This document shows positions 11,308 to 23,776 of a stretch of DNA of 64,000 bases, piece by piece. Numbering within the stretch: the first letter of the stretch is position 1; each line of letters opens with the position of its first letter. This DNA comes from Macrostomum hystrix (Eukaryota > Animalia > Platyhelminthes). The notes below the pieces were generated by a model. That model ran no database searches. It saw nothing but the letters and a program-made list of their open reading frames with translations, and was not told where the DNA came from. Position numbers and translations under genes: made by a program. Where the stretch lies: NCBI GenBank assembly GCA_950097015.1, contig CATNEN010000003.1, positions 5,208,001 through 5,272,000 of the forward strand, given 5' to 3'.

Positions 11308-14144
11308 TCAGAGAGCGGTGTTGCAGAACAGCTCTTCGTAGTCTGGCTCCTCTTCTCGTTGACCAATTGGATACGTCAGGCGCACGGCGCAGTTTCTAAA
11401 GCCGTTAGCCTTGTGAAATTCGATCATTTTTCCCAGACTGGAATGGATCTGTTTCTCGCCCAGCACATTGAATCTGCCTCGCTCGAGCTGCTCAACCAGG
11501 TAGTGCCGGATGCCGTTCATAGACTTGAAGCTCAGCACAAAGCCCAGACGGCTGTTGCTCACCCGCACAAGGAAGCTACCGGTTTCTTGCGAACCCAACA
11601 ATTGGTTCGACTCTTGGCGCGATATTATGCCGTGGAACCAGGTGTTATAGCCGCTTGTCTGCAGGATGGCGTCCTTCTGAGTGGCCTGGAACCAGTGCAC
11701 AGTCTCGGAGCGGGTCACGGGCGCAGCGTCGCCGGCTTCTGCGTCTCCGCCATCGATACTGACCGTTGACTTTCTGGATTCATGCAGCGCAGTTTCTGTC
11801 GATGGAGCCGATGGCAGAGCCATCTCCGAGCGTCGTCTCCGCTCCAGCTCCTCCGCCTTCAGCTTAGCGTAGCGACGTTTCTGAAGCCATCCGCGAATCA
11901 ACTTCTGGCACAGCACAACCCGACCGTAGTATCGACGTTCCTCCTGAGCCAGAAGGCGACTGGCATTCGCTCTCATGAAGACTTTGGTCTTGCCCATGGC
12001 GACCTCTTCAGCTGGCAGGCCTGCGCGTCTGCACACGGCTCTGACGCGAGCCGCTTCGCTCTCGTGCTGCCCGGAGCCGTACAGGAAGCACATCACCGGG
12101 TACATCAGGCGCAGCTCGCCGTAGGCACACCTCACCGGAAATCCGGCCTGTCGGACTCGTACCGCTTCGGCAATGCCGCAGTAGTGTATCTGTCGCAGAA
12201 CGTACTCCTGGTCGAAGCTGTTGGACACATTCTCCCGGTTTGGTTTGATACAGCGCACAAAGAACGGCTGCGATTCACGCAGCTTGGCTAGCAGAAATTC
12301 TAGAGAGCTGCGGAATTGCACTGCCAACTGCAAGCCGGTTGTAGCCTGCTGCTTGCCGTTGACAGACTTTGACTTGCCGGCGTTGATGAGTTCGGACATC
12401 AGCTTCAGCTTGGATGTTGCTAGAACCTCCATGGTGTTTGCCGGCGCCCTGTCCCTGTTCTTGTCCACCATGCCGGGAATTGTGTAGGTCACGGAGCCGG
12501 CGTAATGGTTGACTGTAAAAACGGCGGCATTCTTGTCCGAGACGACTAACTTAGGCCTCTGGGACAGATGCTTCATGAGCTTGTGATACAAACTCTCGTC
12601 TGTACCCGAAGCCAAGCTGCTCTCTTCGTTCAGTAGGGATAAAACTCCCAGTGGCTTATCCAGGAAGAGATTTAGAGTCACCTGGTTGTCATCGAATGGA
12701 ATCTCAATCCACGGCAGGCCTTCAGATTGGTACTCGGACTGCTCTAGCTGGATGACATGATGGGTGAAGAACAATTGCAGCTGCTCATTGGCCAGGTTGA
12801 TGCACAACTGTTCGAACGAGTTCACAGCCAATGATTCGAATCCGAATATGTCGAGCACGCCGATGTGTCGCACCTTGGTGGCTGGGTCCGGCCGGCCATT
12901 GCTGGCAAGACTGTCGTTGACTCGCTGGATGATCCAGTCAAACAGTTTGGTGTAGATAGCTCTGATGCAGCCGTTGAGCACAACGCGAGTCTTGTCCTCC
13001 TGGAACATCGAGTAGATGTCTTCCTCGTTAACCTTCAGCTTGCCCGTAGTCAGGGTCTTCAATAGCCGCTTCCTCGTGTCCTTTCCCTTGAGCCCGAGCT
13101 GTCTGCAGGCCTGCTTGAAGACTGCCTCGGAGGCGGTGTCTAGCGAGGTGCAGACAGTGTGGTTCTGCTCTTCGGTTCGGAACTGGAGGTTGCCCAGCAG
13201 AAGCAGTCCGGACAGGATCTGGAAGACGCTTTCCTTTTGCTGAGCCGTGAAGCCGAGCTTATCAAAAGCGTCCAATACTTCGCTAGCCTTAGCTTCTAGG
13301 TCTGTGTACCGTCGACCCACGGTATCTGCGTTGCTGATCAAATTCAACGGTCCTTGCGGCCTGGAGTCCTTGAAGAAGCTGTTGCCAGATAGGCACATGT
13401 AGTAGAAGATGTGAAAGTTGCCTTCGTCCTCCGTGGCACTGACGAGACGGGATTTCTCGAGCATATAGGTTCGAATCTCGCTGGAAACCAAAGCGCTGCC
13501 CTGCAGGCCCAACGAGACGAACTTGGCAAATCGACTTGAGTTGTGGTTCATCACTGTTCGGGCGTTGCCGAATGCCTCCATGATTGGATTGGCCTGTTGA
13601 ATAGTGTTGGAGTTGCAGTTAAGCTAAACTGCGTGTGTAAAATCGACTTTAACAGCGAGAATTTTCGCTACATTTTATTGGCTAAAGCTCAACGGTGTTA
13701 TTACTCGCTAAGTAGACTCACCGCCAAGAGACAGTCAGCCACTCGAGTTCGATTCGTCTGCGAGGTGCCGGCCATCTTGACGAACTGTTGCAGCAGCAGT
13801 TTTGTACTCTCAGTCTTGCCAGAGCCGGACTCACCGCTGATGAGTATAGTAGCGTCCTTGCCAACCAGATTGAATGCGGCCGTGCCCACAGTGTAGATGT
13901 GGGCTGTTGAGCCAGTCTCGTTGCCAACGGCAACCGGCCCGGTCCAGCCCGGTCTAGACAAACAGGCGAATTCCTTGTCCGTATAGACGTTGACAGGCTT
14001 GAAAGGGTTCAAGAACACCAGAATGTCTCCAACTAGAGTGTAGATTCTGTCACTTCTGTAGCGCTCTTGAAGCACCTGGCCAATGGACTGCTCAGACAGC
14101 TCTGTCAGAGAGGCCAAATCGTAGGTATCTACCAGAAGTCGCAT
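11308..14144 (-). CDS. Unconventional myosin with one IQ motif and a C-terminal SH2 domain (class XXVIII-like), 902 aa
   Basis: Exon 1 14144-13722 (P-loop GESGSGKT), 128-bp GT-AG intron, exon 2 13593-11308 (ANPIMEAFGNART, NSSRFAK, LDIFGFE, FVRCIKPN, IQ CQKLIRGWLQKR, SH2 WFHGIISR..GSFLVRVS). Phase 0. Confidence 0.92.
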
Positions 14145-14985
14145 GATGCGAGTGCGAGAAAAACTAAAGGAAAAATTAAACTCTTAAAAAAATTCGAACT
14201 CGAGTTTTTATAGACGGTGTCAGTTCGTGGACCCGCCCAAAATACAATGGCAAGCTCTGTTTCTATAGCGCACCTGGCTTGCTATACCTTTCTATATACT
14301 GTAGCTCATGATTGTGCGTCAGCAGCAGCGTAGACTATACGGCTAGCACTAAGAACTTCTCACAACACGTGACGAGCCAATAGCTGCTGAGTCTCAGTCA
14401 GACTCCTATCCCCAGTGATGAAGAGCCAGAGATTATTTTGAGATTGAATGAATAATTCATTCTAATTTGTCTATTGTCCTCCGTCCAGCACCAGACCTAC
14501 GGACTGAGACAGTACCTCCACTTTAAAGCTTGACCAGTACCTCGTTCGTCCATTCAGCCATTGGTTTTCTCAGTATGAAAGTTTTTGCAAAACCTTCTCT
14601 CTTATCACTCTCTTGCCTTGCTTACCTAGCTCTGTCTGCCTTCTTCGAAACTCAGAACGGCGCAGATTTCCAAGAAATTTAACTTTTAAAGCTACCACAA
14701 TGCGCAGTACATATTTTGTCCTTAGTACAAAATAGCTGGAAAAACACTCGACAAACTCAACTGAAAGCACAAGTTCACGTGACTCAGGCAAATAATTAAG
14801 AAAAGCAAACAAATTGTGTGAGTGAAACAAAGTACTAGGAGCATTTTTTACCTGGTCCAAAATTAGAGGAAAATTTATTTAATCATTAAACATCAGACAG
14901 AATACATGAAATGTTTATTTAGTTAAAAGTTTATCATCATGAGCTCTAAGTGACGCATTTAAAGTGCATTTCAGAATCATTTGCA

Positions 14986-15182
14986 ACAATTCAATGTCAC
15001 TTAGTATATCCACAGTCCGATATTACAGCTCAGAATAAAGAATTATCGATGGTTTTATCGAAATTTAAGCTCGTCACTCGTCTTGATAACTTTTTCTCGT
15101 TTCGACATCATTTCAGCTAAAGTGCATAAAATTACCTATTCTATTCCTCGAATTTCGACCAAGCTAGGTGACATTGAATTGT
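14986..15182. mobile_element. Putative ~200-bp MITE
   Basis: 19-bp inverted ends ACAATTCAATGTCACTTAG / CTAGGTGACATTGAATTGT with one mismatch. Confidence 0.45.
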
Positions 15183-15338
15183 CTTTGTTTTTTTCCGCGA
15201 CAAAAACTTGTTTAGTCCAGTAACTTGCGTGCAAAAAGTATTATATCTTCGTATTTTTAGGCATTTGTTCACGCTAGACTCTACTGAAAGTAGAGCGGTG
15301 AAAAACCCGAATCTTAAAACGCGAGATAACCACTAAAA

Positions 15339-16161
15339 CTCCTGCTGCGACTCCTGCTGCGATTCTAACTATGACTTGTGCTGCGATTCTAGTTACGACT
15401 CCTGCTGCGATTCTAGTTGCGATCCCTGCTGCGATTCTAGCTGTGACTCCTGCTGCAATTCTAGATGTGACTCCTGCTGCGATTCTAGTCGTGACTCCTG
15501 CTACGATTCTAGTTACGATCCCTGCTGCGATTCTAGCTACGACTCCTGCTGCGATTCTAGATGTGACTCCTGCTGCAATTCTAGATGTGACTCCTGCTGC
15601 GATTCTAGCTGTGACTCCTGCTACGATTCTAGTTACGACTCCTGCTGCGATTCTAGTAACGATCCCTGCTGCAAATCTAGCTACGACTCCTGCTGCGATT
15701 CTAGTTACGATCCCTGCTGCGATTCTAGCTGTGACTCCTGCTGCAATTCTAGATGTGACTCCTGCTGCGATTCTAGCTGTGACTCCTGCTACGATTCTAG
15801 TTACGATCCCTGCTGCGATTCTAGTTGCGATCCCTGCTACGATTCTAGTTACGATCCCTGCTGCGATTCTAGCTACGACTCCTGCTGCGATTCTAGATGT
15901 GACTCCTGCTGCAATTCTAGATGTGACTCCTGCTGCGATTCTAGATGTGACTCCTGCTGCGATTCTAGCTGTGACTCCTGCTGCGATTCTAGTAACGATC
16001 CCTTCTGCAAATCTAGCTACGACTCCTGCTGCGATTCTAGCTACGACTCCTGCTGCGATTCTAGCTCGACTCCTGCTGCGATTCCAGCTACGATCCCTGC
16101 TGCGATTCTAGCTACGACTCCTGCTGCGATTTTAGCTACGATCCCTGCTGCGATTCCAGCT
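15339..16161. repeat. 24-bp minisatellite (GACTCCTGCTGCGATTCTAGCTAC-type)
   Basis: Tandem units; source of the TPAAILVT and CCDSSYDS pseudo-ORFs. Confidence 0.95.
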
Positions 16162-16281
16162 TCAAAAGTCACTGTACAATTACTATAAATACATGTTTAC
16201 ACCCGCACATTATCATGTATGATTTTGAGGTAAAAAGTAAGTAATATACTTTTAGGTAAGTTGAGTAAAAATGGTGTTTCG

Positions 16282-19200
16282 TTATTTTTCAGATCTTTCC
16301 GGAGTTTTCCAGACCAGAAAGATTCTATTGGCTAATCGGAAGATCAGCGAGTATCCTGTCACGTGACTATAGCTAGCCGAGTACTGACCGCGTACAATGA
16401 TCACGTGCCAAATCCGCCCCAGTTCAGCTTCCAGCCTCCGTTTTGCTTCATCGGCAACCGCCATGTCATTGGATGAATCCGATTCGTTGTCATCGAAATG
16501 AGATGCTGCGGATGTCACCGTTTGAAGCATGATTGATCGAATACTGGGATCAGTGCTCGAACTGATAATTGATAAAGATCCCAATCCAGTCGCTGGGTCA
16601 GTTTTAGATTGCCTCTGACCTCGCTGCTGCTTCTTCGAAGAACTGATGACATCTGAGTTGCAGACCTGTTGAAGTCGCTGACGTCTGTAGGCTTGGCTAA
16701 ATTGTAAAGGGATTTTGATGAGTTTTTGATTTTTTGTATCTGGGAGTTAGAGCACAAAGGAATAGAAATGAAGAGAATGGAACAGAAGGGAATGGAACTG
16801 AAGAGAATGGAACTGAAGGGAATGGAACTGAAGGGAATAGAACTGAAGAGAATGGAACTGAAGGGAATGGAACTGAAGGAAATGGAACTGAAGGGAATGG
16901 AACTGAAGGAAATGGAACTGAAGGGAATGGAACTGAAGGGAATAGAACTGAAGAGAATGGAACTGAAGGGAATGGAACTGAAGGAAATGGAACTGAAGGG
17001 AATGGAACTGAAGGGAATAGAACTGAAGAGAATGGAACTGAAGGGAATGGAACTGAAGGAAATGGAACTGAAGGGAATAGAACTGAAGGGAATAGAACTG
17101 AAGAGAATGGAACTGAAGGAAATGGAACTGAAGAGCATGGAACTGAAGGGAATGGAACTAAAGGGAATGGAACTGAAGGGAATGGAACTGAAGGGAATAG
17201 AACTGAAGAGAATGGAACAGAAGGGAATGGAACTGAAGAGAATGGAACTGAAGGGAATGGAACTGAAGGGAATAGAACTGAAGAGAATGGAACTGAAGGG
17301 AATGGAACTGAAGGAAATGGAACTGAAGGGAATGGAACTGAAGGAAATGGAACTGAAGGGAATGGAACTGAAGGGAATAGAACTGAAGAGAATGGAACTG
17401 AAGGGAATGGAACTGAAGGAAATGGAACTGAAGGGAATGGAACTGAAGGGAATAGAACTGAAGAGAATGGAACTGAAGGGAATGGAACTGAAGGAAATGG
17501 AACTGAAGGGAATAGAACTGAAGGGAATAGAACTGAAGAGAATGGAACTGAAGGAAATGGAACTGAAGAGCATGGAACTGAAGGGAATGGAACTAAAGGG
17601 AATGGAACTGAAGGGAATGGAACTGAAGGGAATAGAACTGAAGAGAATGGAACAGAAGGGAATGGAACTGAAGGAAATGGAACTGGAGGAAATGGAACTG
17701 AAGGGCATGGAACTGAAGGGAATGGAACTGAAGGGAATGGAACTAAAGGGTTTAGAACTGGAAATGGAACTGAAGGGAATGGAACTGAAGGGCATGGAAC
17801 TGAAGGGAACTGGAACTGAAGGAATGGAACTAAAGGAAATGGAACTGGAGGGAATGAAACTGGAAGGAATTGAACTGAAGGAAACGGAACTGGAGGGTAT
17901 GGAACTGAAGGAGGTGAAGCGAATGGAACTGAATGGAACTGAAGGATTTGCTGTGCCGGTAACTCAGGTAGTGTGTGACTAAACGGAACAGAGTGAGCAG
18001 CATATTTTACGGCCCAATAATCTGTTCGAGAATGCCATGCATTTACTGCCAAGTGAAGCACTTGGATACTAAACAATTCCCTTTATTGCCAAATCAAATC
18101 AAATAGTTTTCATAGAGCTGCAACTCGTATGGCACTGACTCTAAGAACACAAAATCTTATGTAGGGTCCCAGACATCCGTATGTCAAAAGATTGTGACGA
18201 TAATAATAACTGGAAAAATGTCAGAGATAAGATATTCACTTTGACTTCTTTTCATGACGGAGTCACCCCGTCTGTCTGGTTGTCTAATAAACTTACCTGA
18301 AGCTCAAAAAGTACTCACGCTGTTTTAACCGTAAGTCCCAACACTTGGCAGAATTTTTCCAGAGTGATAATGCCGTCTCGATTTGAGTCGAAAGTCTCCA
18401 GCCATCTCTTACAATGGATTAGCAGGGATTTAAAGCAATGAGCTTAGCGCTAATGACTAGATTCAATGACTAGATTTAATGACAAGATTCAATGAGTAGA
18501 TACAAAGACTAGATAAAAAGACTAGATACAAAGACCAGATTCAATGACTAGATACAATGACTAGATACAATGACTAGATTCGATGACTAGATTTAATGAC
18601 AAGATTCAATGAGTAGATACAAAGACTAGATAAAAAGACTAGATACAAAGACCAGATTCAATGACTAGATACAATGACTAGATACAATGACTAGATTCAA
18701 TGACTAGATTTAATGACAAGATTCAATGAGTAGATACAAAGACTAGATAAAAATACTAGATACAAAGACCAGATTCAATGACTAGATACAATGACGACAT
18801 ACAATGAATAGATTCAATGACTAGATTCAATGACCAGATTCAATGACTAGATACAATGACGACATACAATGGCTAGATTCAATGACTAGATACAATGACG
18901 ACATACAATGACTAGATTCAATGACTAGATACAATGACGACATTCAATGACTACATACAATGACGACATACAATGACTAGATACAATGACGACATACAAT
19001 GACTAGATACAATGACGACATACAATGACTAGATACAATGACGACATACAATGACTAGATTCAATGACTAAATTTAATTACTAGATTCGCTCACCTTAAC
19101 GAAAGAGTCATTTGGTTTTCGCCTCCTCATGTAAAACCTCAATTCCTCGCCGCTGATTGCATCATTCTCATCTGAGTCGATTTCTATGAAAGCGTCTAAA

Positions 19201-19304
19201 AATTGATTTGCTTCAAGCTGAAGCTCACGGACAAAAGCCAATTGATGTTTTCGTTGTTCATTTCTAAACTGATCTGCTTCAACAGACTCAACTAATTTAC
19301 TCAT
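16282..19304 (-). CDS. Tegument-allergen-like (TAL) protein: two EF hands plus C-terminal dynein light chain-like domain, 237 aa
   Basis: Exon 1 19304-19095 (EF1 DSDENDAISGEE, phase 0), exon 2 18407-18319 (RWLETFDSNRDGIITLEKFCQVLGL, phase 2), exon 3 16696-16282 (acceptor TTTAG; AKRRLEAELGRIWHVIIVRGQYSASYSH..FLVWKTP). Total 714 nt in frame. Confidence 0.88.
16757..17945. repeat. 15-bp minisatellite (GGAACTGAAGGGAAT)n in TAL intron 2
   Basis: Tandem units, open in several frames (MELKG, NGTEG, SIPFS, SVPFP). Confidence 0.96.
18452..19088. repeat. 13-bp minisatellite (AATGACTAGATAC/TTC)n in TAL intron 1
   Basis: Tandem units with a 117-bp higher-order block at 18481, 18598 and 18715. Confidence 0.93.
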
Positions 19305-19600
19305 AATTTCTTTGAGCAGTTTTTACGAAGCTAAGCTATTTTTGTTAATAAAAGCGTTTAGTTTAAAGAATTTTCTCACGATTTCTATTTATATACTAGT
19401 ATTAATTTGTAGCCATGGATATACTCTACATGGTCTTGAGCTAATTCGTGAAACTTTGAAGAGTAAATTGGTAATTATTTAATTAAGTAGTTTGGTTAAG
19501 CGAACTGCATCAAATTAAATATTTGTCCACTTTTAGGTGAGAATAGTTAATTAAATACATAGGTTAGTAAATGACAGAATGACAGAATATGCTAAAAATA

Positions 19601-21233
19601 TACCTTTTCAACTTCGAATTCTTCAAAAGTGAGTTCGAATTCGTCAGCCTATATAAAACTATAGAGCGCTCAAGGGAATGAGAAGGGGTGTCTATGGTAA
19701 TTTTTTTCGAGAAAGTGACTTCGAATTCGTCAAAGTAAGTGAAATTCGTCAGTGCAAAAGCAGCCTGATCAGAAAGTGTCTTCGCTTCGTCTATGGCAAG
19801 AAAGCAAAGTGCCCAGTGTAAATTTAAGCGAGAAAGTGAGTGAAATTCGTCAATGTAAAATAAGTCAGCAATCTTTCATTACTCATTTCCTGCTCTTATT
19901 GTTGTCAGAGATGCCATATATGAGAATTTCGTCTGTGGATCGCTCTAGACTCGTGCGATGTTTTCAACAGGGACGAGACTGGAGACTTCTCGCAGTTGAA
20001 CTGGACATCAAGAGGACGACTGCCAATGACATTATCAGAAGATATGTAGATGAAGATAGGATTGAACTTAACGCGCGTGGAGGTGTGGTGAGACCAAAGT
20101 TCACTGAGGAGATGCTCGAGGCATTGACGAGGTACGTGGAAGAGAAGCCGACTGTAACGCTAAAAGAAATGCAGCAAAAGCTTGTGGCAGACTTTCCTGC
20201 TGCTCCTGTCGTGACAACGCAGGCCATTAGTCGTCGGCTTGACGGGACTTTGTGCATTACATTGAAAGATGTTCGGCGGGTTCACGGAGATTGGAATAGT
20301 GACGTGACAAAAGAAGCTAGATTTCTACACATGACCTGGATGCTAGAAACTGGACTGTTTGTAAGGAATTTAATCTACGTAGATGAGTGTGGGTGCAACC
20401 TATGGACGGCACGAACTAAAGGATGGGCGGATTTTGGCAACCGTGCAGTAATGATTGCGAATTCGCAGCGTGGGCAAAATCTGACGGTAGCACTTGCTGT
20501 TAGCCCACAGTTGGGCCTGGTCCACCACCGCATCTTTGTTGGTGGCTTTACAGCAGAGAGGTTTCGTGAGTTTATGATTGAAGTCGGGACCCTTGTTGAT
20601 GACGAGTTCACGGTACTTGCTGACAACGCCAGGGCACATGGAGTCGTGAATTTTGGGCGTCCTGACCAAAGGCTTCAGTTTCTTCCACCTTACTCGCCTT
20701 TCTTGAACGCCACTGAAATGGCAATTTCTTGCATGAAGGCGGCCCTGAAACGGCGCATGACCGACCCTGAAGTTGTCTTTGAAGTGCATGATCGTCAGGC
20801 GGCTGTAGCAGCAGGTGAGACACTTCAGAACCGGCGTCTTCGCATTTTGAGTCGAGAAGTGGAAGCTGCGATGGTTGCGATCACGGAGGAGAAATGCCGA
20901 CAATGGCACGAATTCACACTTCGGTACGGACCGCGGTGTCTGGCACACGGAGAAATTTTGGACTGACTACAGCGTGTTAACCTGTTCAAGCGACTTTAAA
21001 GCGTGATTTTGTGCGTCTGTTTTCCTGTTTTGTTTGTTTAGTTGCTGTTTTACTTCACGATTGACAATATATACTGGTTGCACTGACGAATTTCACTTAC
21101 TTTGACGAATTCGAAGTCACTTTCTCGAAAGAAATTACCATAGACACCCTTCTCATTCCCTTGAGCGCTCTATAGTTTTATATAGGCTGACGAATTCGAA
21201 GTCACTTTTGACGAATCCGAAGTTGAAAAGGTA
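19601..21233 (+). mobile_element. Full-length IS630-Tc1-mariner superfamily DNA transposon (Gambol/IS630-like)
   Basis: ~157-bp near-perfect TIRs (19601-19757 and 21078-21233) starting TACCTTTTCAACTTCG; TA on both flanks; intact transposase ORF. Confidence 0.95.
19911..20966 (+). CDS. DDE transposase with N-terminal HTH and DD30E triad, ~351 aa
   Basis: First ATG at 19911 (the ORF track starts at an upstream GTG inside the TIR). Motifs YVDECG, LADNARAH, LPPYSPFLNATE. Confidence 0.9.
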   Translation: MPYMRISSVDRSRLVRCFQQGRDWRLLAVELDIKRTTANDIIRRYVDEDRIELNARGGVVRPKFTEEMLEALTRYVEEKPTVTLKEMQQKLVADFPAAPVVTTQAISRRLDGTLCITLKDVRRVHGDWNSDVTKEARFLHMTWMLETGLFVRNLIYVDECGCNLWTARTKGWADFGNRAVMIANSQRGQNLTVALAVSPQLGLVHHRIFVGGFTAERFREFMIEVGTLVDDEFTVLADNARAHGVVNFGRPDQRLQFLPPYSPFLNATEMAISCMKAALKRRMTDPEVVFEVHDRQAAVAAGETLQNRRLRILSREVEAAMVAITEEKCRQWHEFTLRYGPRCLAHGEILD

Positions 21234-21324
21234 TACTATTTTTAGATTTTTGCAGATTTCTTCAATCAGAATTGCTAAAGACACCTAGAAGTCATTTGGT
21301 GGGAATTAGATGGAAATTTCAGCA

Positions 21325-21503
21325 AGATGTACAACCAGAAGTACATTCAGATGTACAGTCAGATGTACAGCCAGTTGTACATTCAGATGTACAGTCAGAT
21401 GTACAGCCAGATGTACATTCAGATGTACAGTCAGATGTACAGTCAGATGTACAGTCAGATTTACAGTCAGATTTACAGTCAGATGTACAGTCAGATGTAC
21501 AGA
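21325..21503. repeat. 12-bp tandem repeat (CAGATGTACAGT)n
   Basis: Visible tandem units. Confidence 0.9.
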
Positions 21504-22170
21504 TTACTTAGGAATTGCTTCCTCCAAAGACTGCATATGTACCGCTGTTCTGTCCATGGACTGGGATCTCAGTTGATTGCCTGTAATCAGCGCGCCAGTT
21601 TACAGCTGGATGAACTAAATCACTGAGTAATGTAGTGTCCAGTTAAGCGGAAACAAACTCTTTAGTAAGAATTTCAAGGTTTTATCGACGTCAAAAACAG
21701 AAACTTGTCTTTTGCAACGATGGATAAAAATACGAGAATCGGATAAATTATTAAAAAAATCAAGCTGTGTGACTCTATGTCCTTCAGAATCGTGTCCATG
21801 ATAAATATTCTGCCTCCTATTATTGGCTGTCCTACACATTGGTTTAAACTAACACTGGGCCAATCCGTTTTCTGTATATTTAAATGAAAAAGTGTCTAAA
21901 ACACGCTGTTTAGTGACAACTATCTGTCATTTTTTTACAGTCAGGAAGTCAATCGCGACTCCAGTATCTCTCTGCCATTGCTGTGGTGAGTTTAAAAAAC
22001 TGGCATGAACGCGCGTTTAAATGACTCTCTAGTTTTTTCTTTGTGATTCTAATCTCTTTAGATTTGAAATTAAAAAGTACATCGATCCTGTAGTTTCGAA
22101 TTGCATGGTCAACTTTAACTAACACAATAGTCTACGTTGTTAGTTGATACTCTATACACTACCATACTCT

Positions 22171-22915
22171 TAATAATCTCACCCTATCATCCTCGATAAT
22201 CTCATCCTCTCAGCCATGATAATCTCACCTTATATGCACCGATAATCTCACCTTATCCGCCTCGATAATCTCACCTTATTAGCACCGATAATCTTTCCCT
22301 ACAAGCCTTGATAATCTCATCTTATCAGCAGTAATAATCTCATCTTATCAGCATTAATTATCACATCCTACTGCCTCGATAATCTCGCCCTATCATCCTC
22401 GATAATCTTATCCTATCAGCCTTGATAATCTCACCCTATGAGCCTTGATAACCTCACCCTATCAGCCTCGATAATCTCACCTTATCAGCCTCGATAATCT
22501 CATCCTCTCAGCCATGATAATCTCACCTTATATGCACCGATAATCTCACCTTATCCGCCTCGATAATCTCACCTTATTAGCACCGATAATCTTTCCCTAT
22601 AAGCCTTGATAATCTCATCTTATCAGCAGTAATAATCTCATCTTATCAGCATTAATTATCACATCCTACTGCCTCGATAATCTCACCCTATCATCCTCCA
22701 TAATCTTATCCTATCAGCCTTGATAATCTCACCCTATCAGCCTTGATAATCTCACCCTATCAGCCTTGATAATCCCATCGTATCAGCCTTGATAATCTCA
22801 TGCCTCATCCTCGATAATCTTATTCTATCATCCTCGATAATCTTATCCTATCAGCCTTGATAATCTCACCCTATCAGCCTTGATAATCTTACCCTATCAG
22901 CCTTGATAATCCCAT
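22171..22915. repeat. 23-bp minisatellite (GATAATCTCACCCTATCAGCCTT)n
   Basis: Tandem units with a ~300-bp internal duplication (22201 vs 22500). Confidence 0.92.
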
Positions 22916-23776
22916 CAGCCCATATAGTCTGAAAAGCAATAATAATCTCATTATTTGATTTAATAATCTCAGCCAGCCAATACTCAAAGTCTCGCCAGTT
23001 TCAAGCCCTAATTTCAAGCATAAATATTTTTTACTTTCAGTGTTATTCGATCAAAACCTCCAAATATGGACACTCAACATAGTCAATCAATTTACGCATC
23101 GGAGGACAGGTGAGATCGAAAGTTGAGAAATAGTTGTCCGACTTCACTTAAAAAAATAAAATTAAATCCCTTAATCTCGCCTTTTCAATATTCTATATGT
23201 GATAAATATATATATTTCTTTTTTTCTTTAATCCGGAATATACTCAGTTTTACTGGCTAGTAGTATTGGGCGCATTTTTCTGAATTTGAATTTTTTACGA
23301 AAAAGTAAAATATCTGGTGAAAATCTGACGAAATTAAAATTATTTTTTGAAAAAAAAGTATAACGAATTGAACACTGAATACAAAAACTCCAATTTCTGA
23401 CAGGCGCGTTGAAAAACTTTGCAGCTTAAATTAATGAAATCTGACAAAATAGAAAAAGTACGAGTATTATATTGCGCTTCATCTAAAAAACACTGCCAAG
23501 TTACCCAAAATGCACGTTTAACTTGAGGTAAGCCACAGCTGTCAATCATCCAGCAGCTTAGACGATGGCAACAATGCTTTAGTGTGATGCTTTTTTCTTG
23601 CAATACATTTTAAATTGTTTTTTGTATCGTCATGACAACAGACCAACTCAAAACAACATTTGCGCGGTGTGAAAAACTATTGAAATTCGATCTATGTTCT
23701 TGAATAATTAGCTGAGATCTAATTCATTCAGGAAATAAATTCGTAACACACCCTTCATCGAATTACTTTCAACTTG

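Noticed and set aside
11359-13896. Antisense and overlapping ORFs across the myosin, and likewise across the LINE, transposase, GPCR and lectin
   Set aside because: Shadow frames of GC-rich coding sequence with no recognisable motifs.
14416-14507. C/D-box snoRNA (GTGATGA ... CTGA)
   Set aside because: No convincing terminal stem, and only a ~9-nt possible rRNA complement.
15376-16188. Cys-rich CCDSS ORF resembling a metallothionein or keratin-associated protein
   Set aside because: One frame of a repeat family that also occurs in an intron and in inverted orientation.
18297-18319. In-frame TGA (selenocysteine or readthrough) if TAL exon 2 used the CAG|GTAAGT donor at 18296
   Set aside because: The upstream GC|GTGAGT donor with the phase-matched acceptor at 16696 gives a clean ORF; the second donor is at most a minor isoform.
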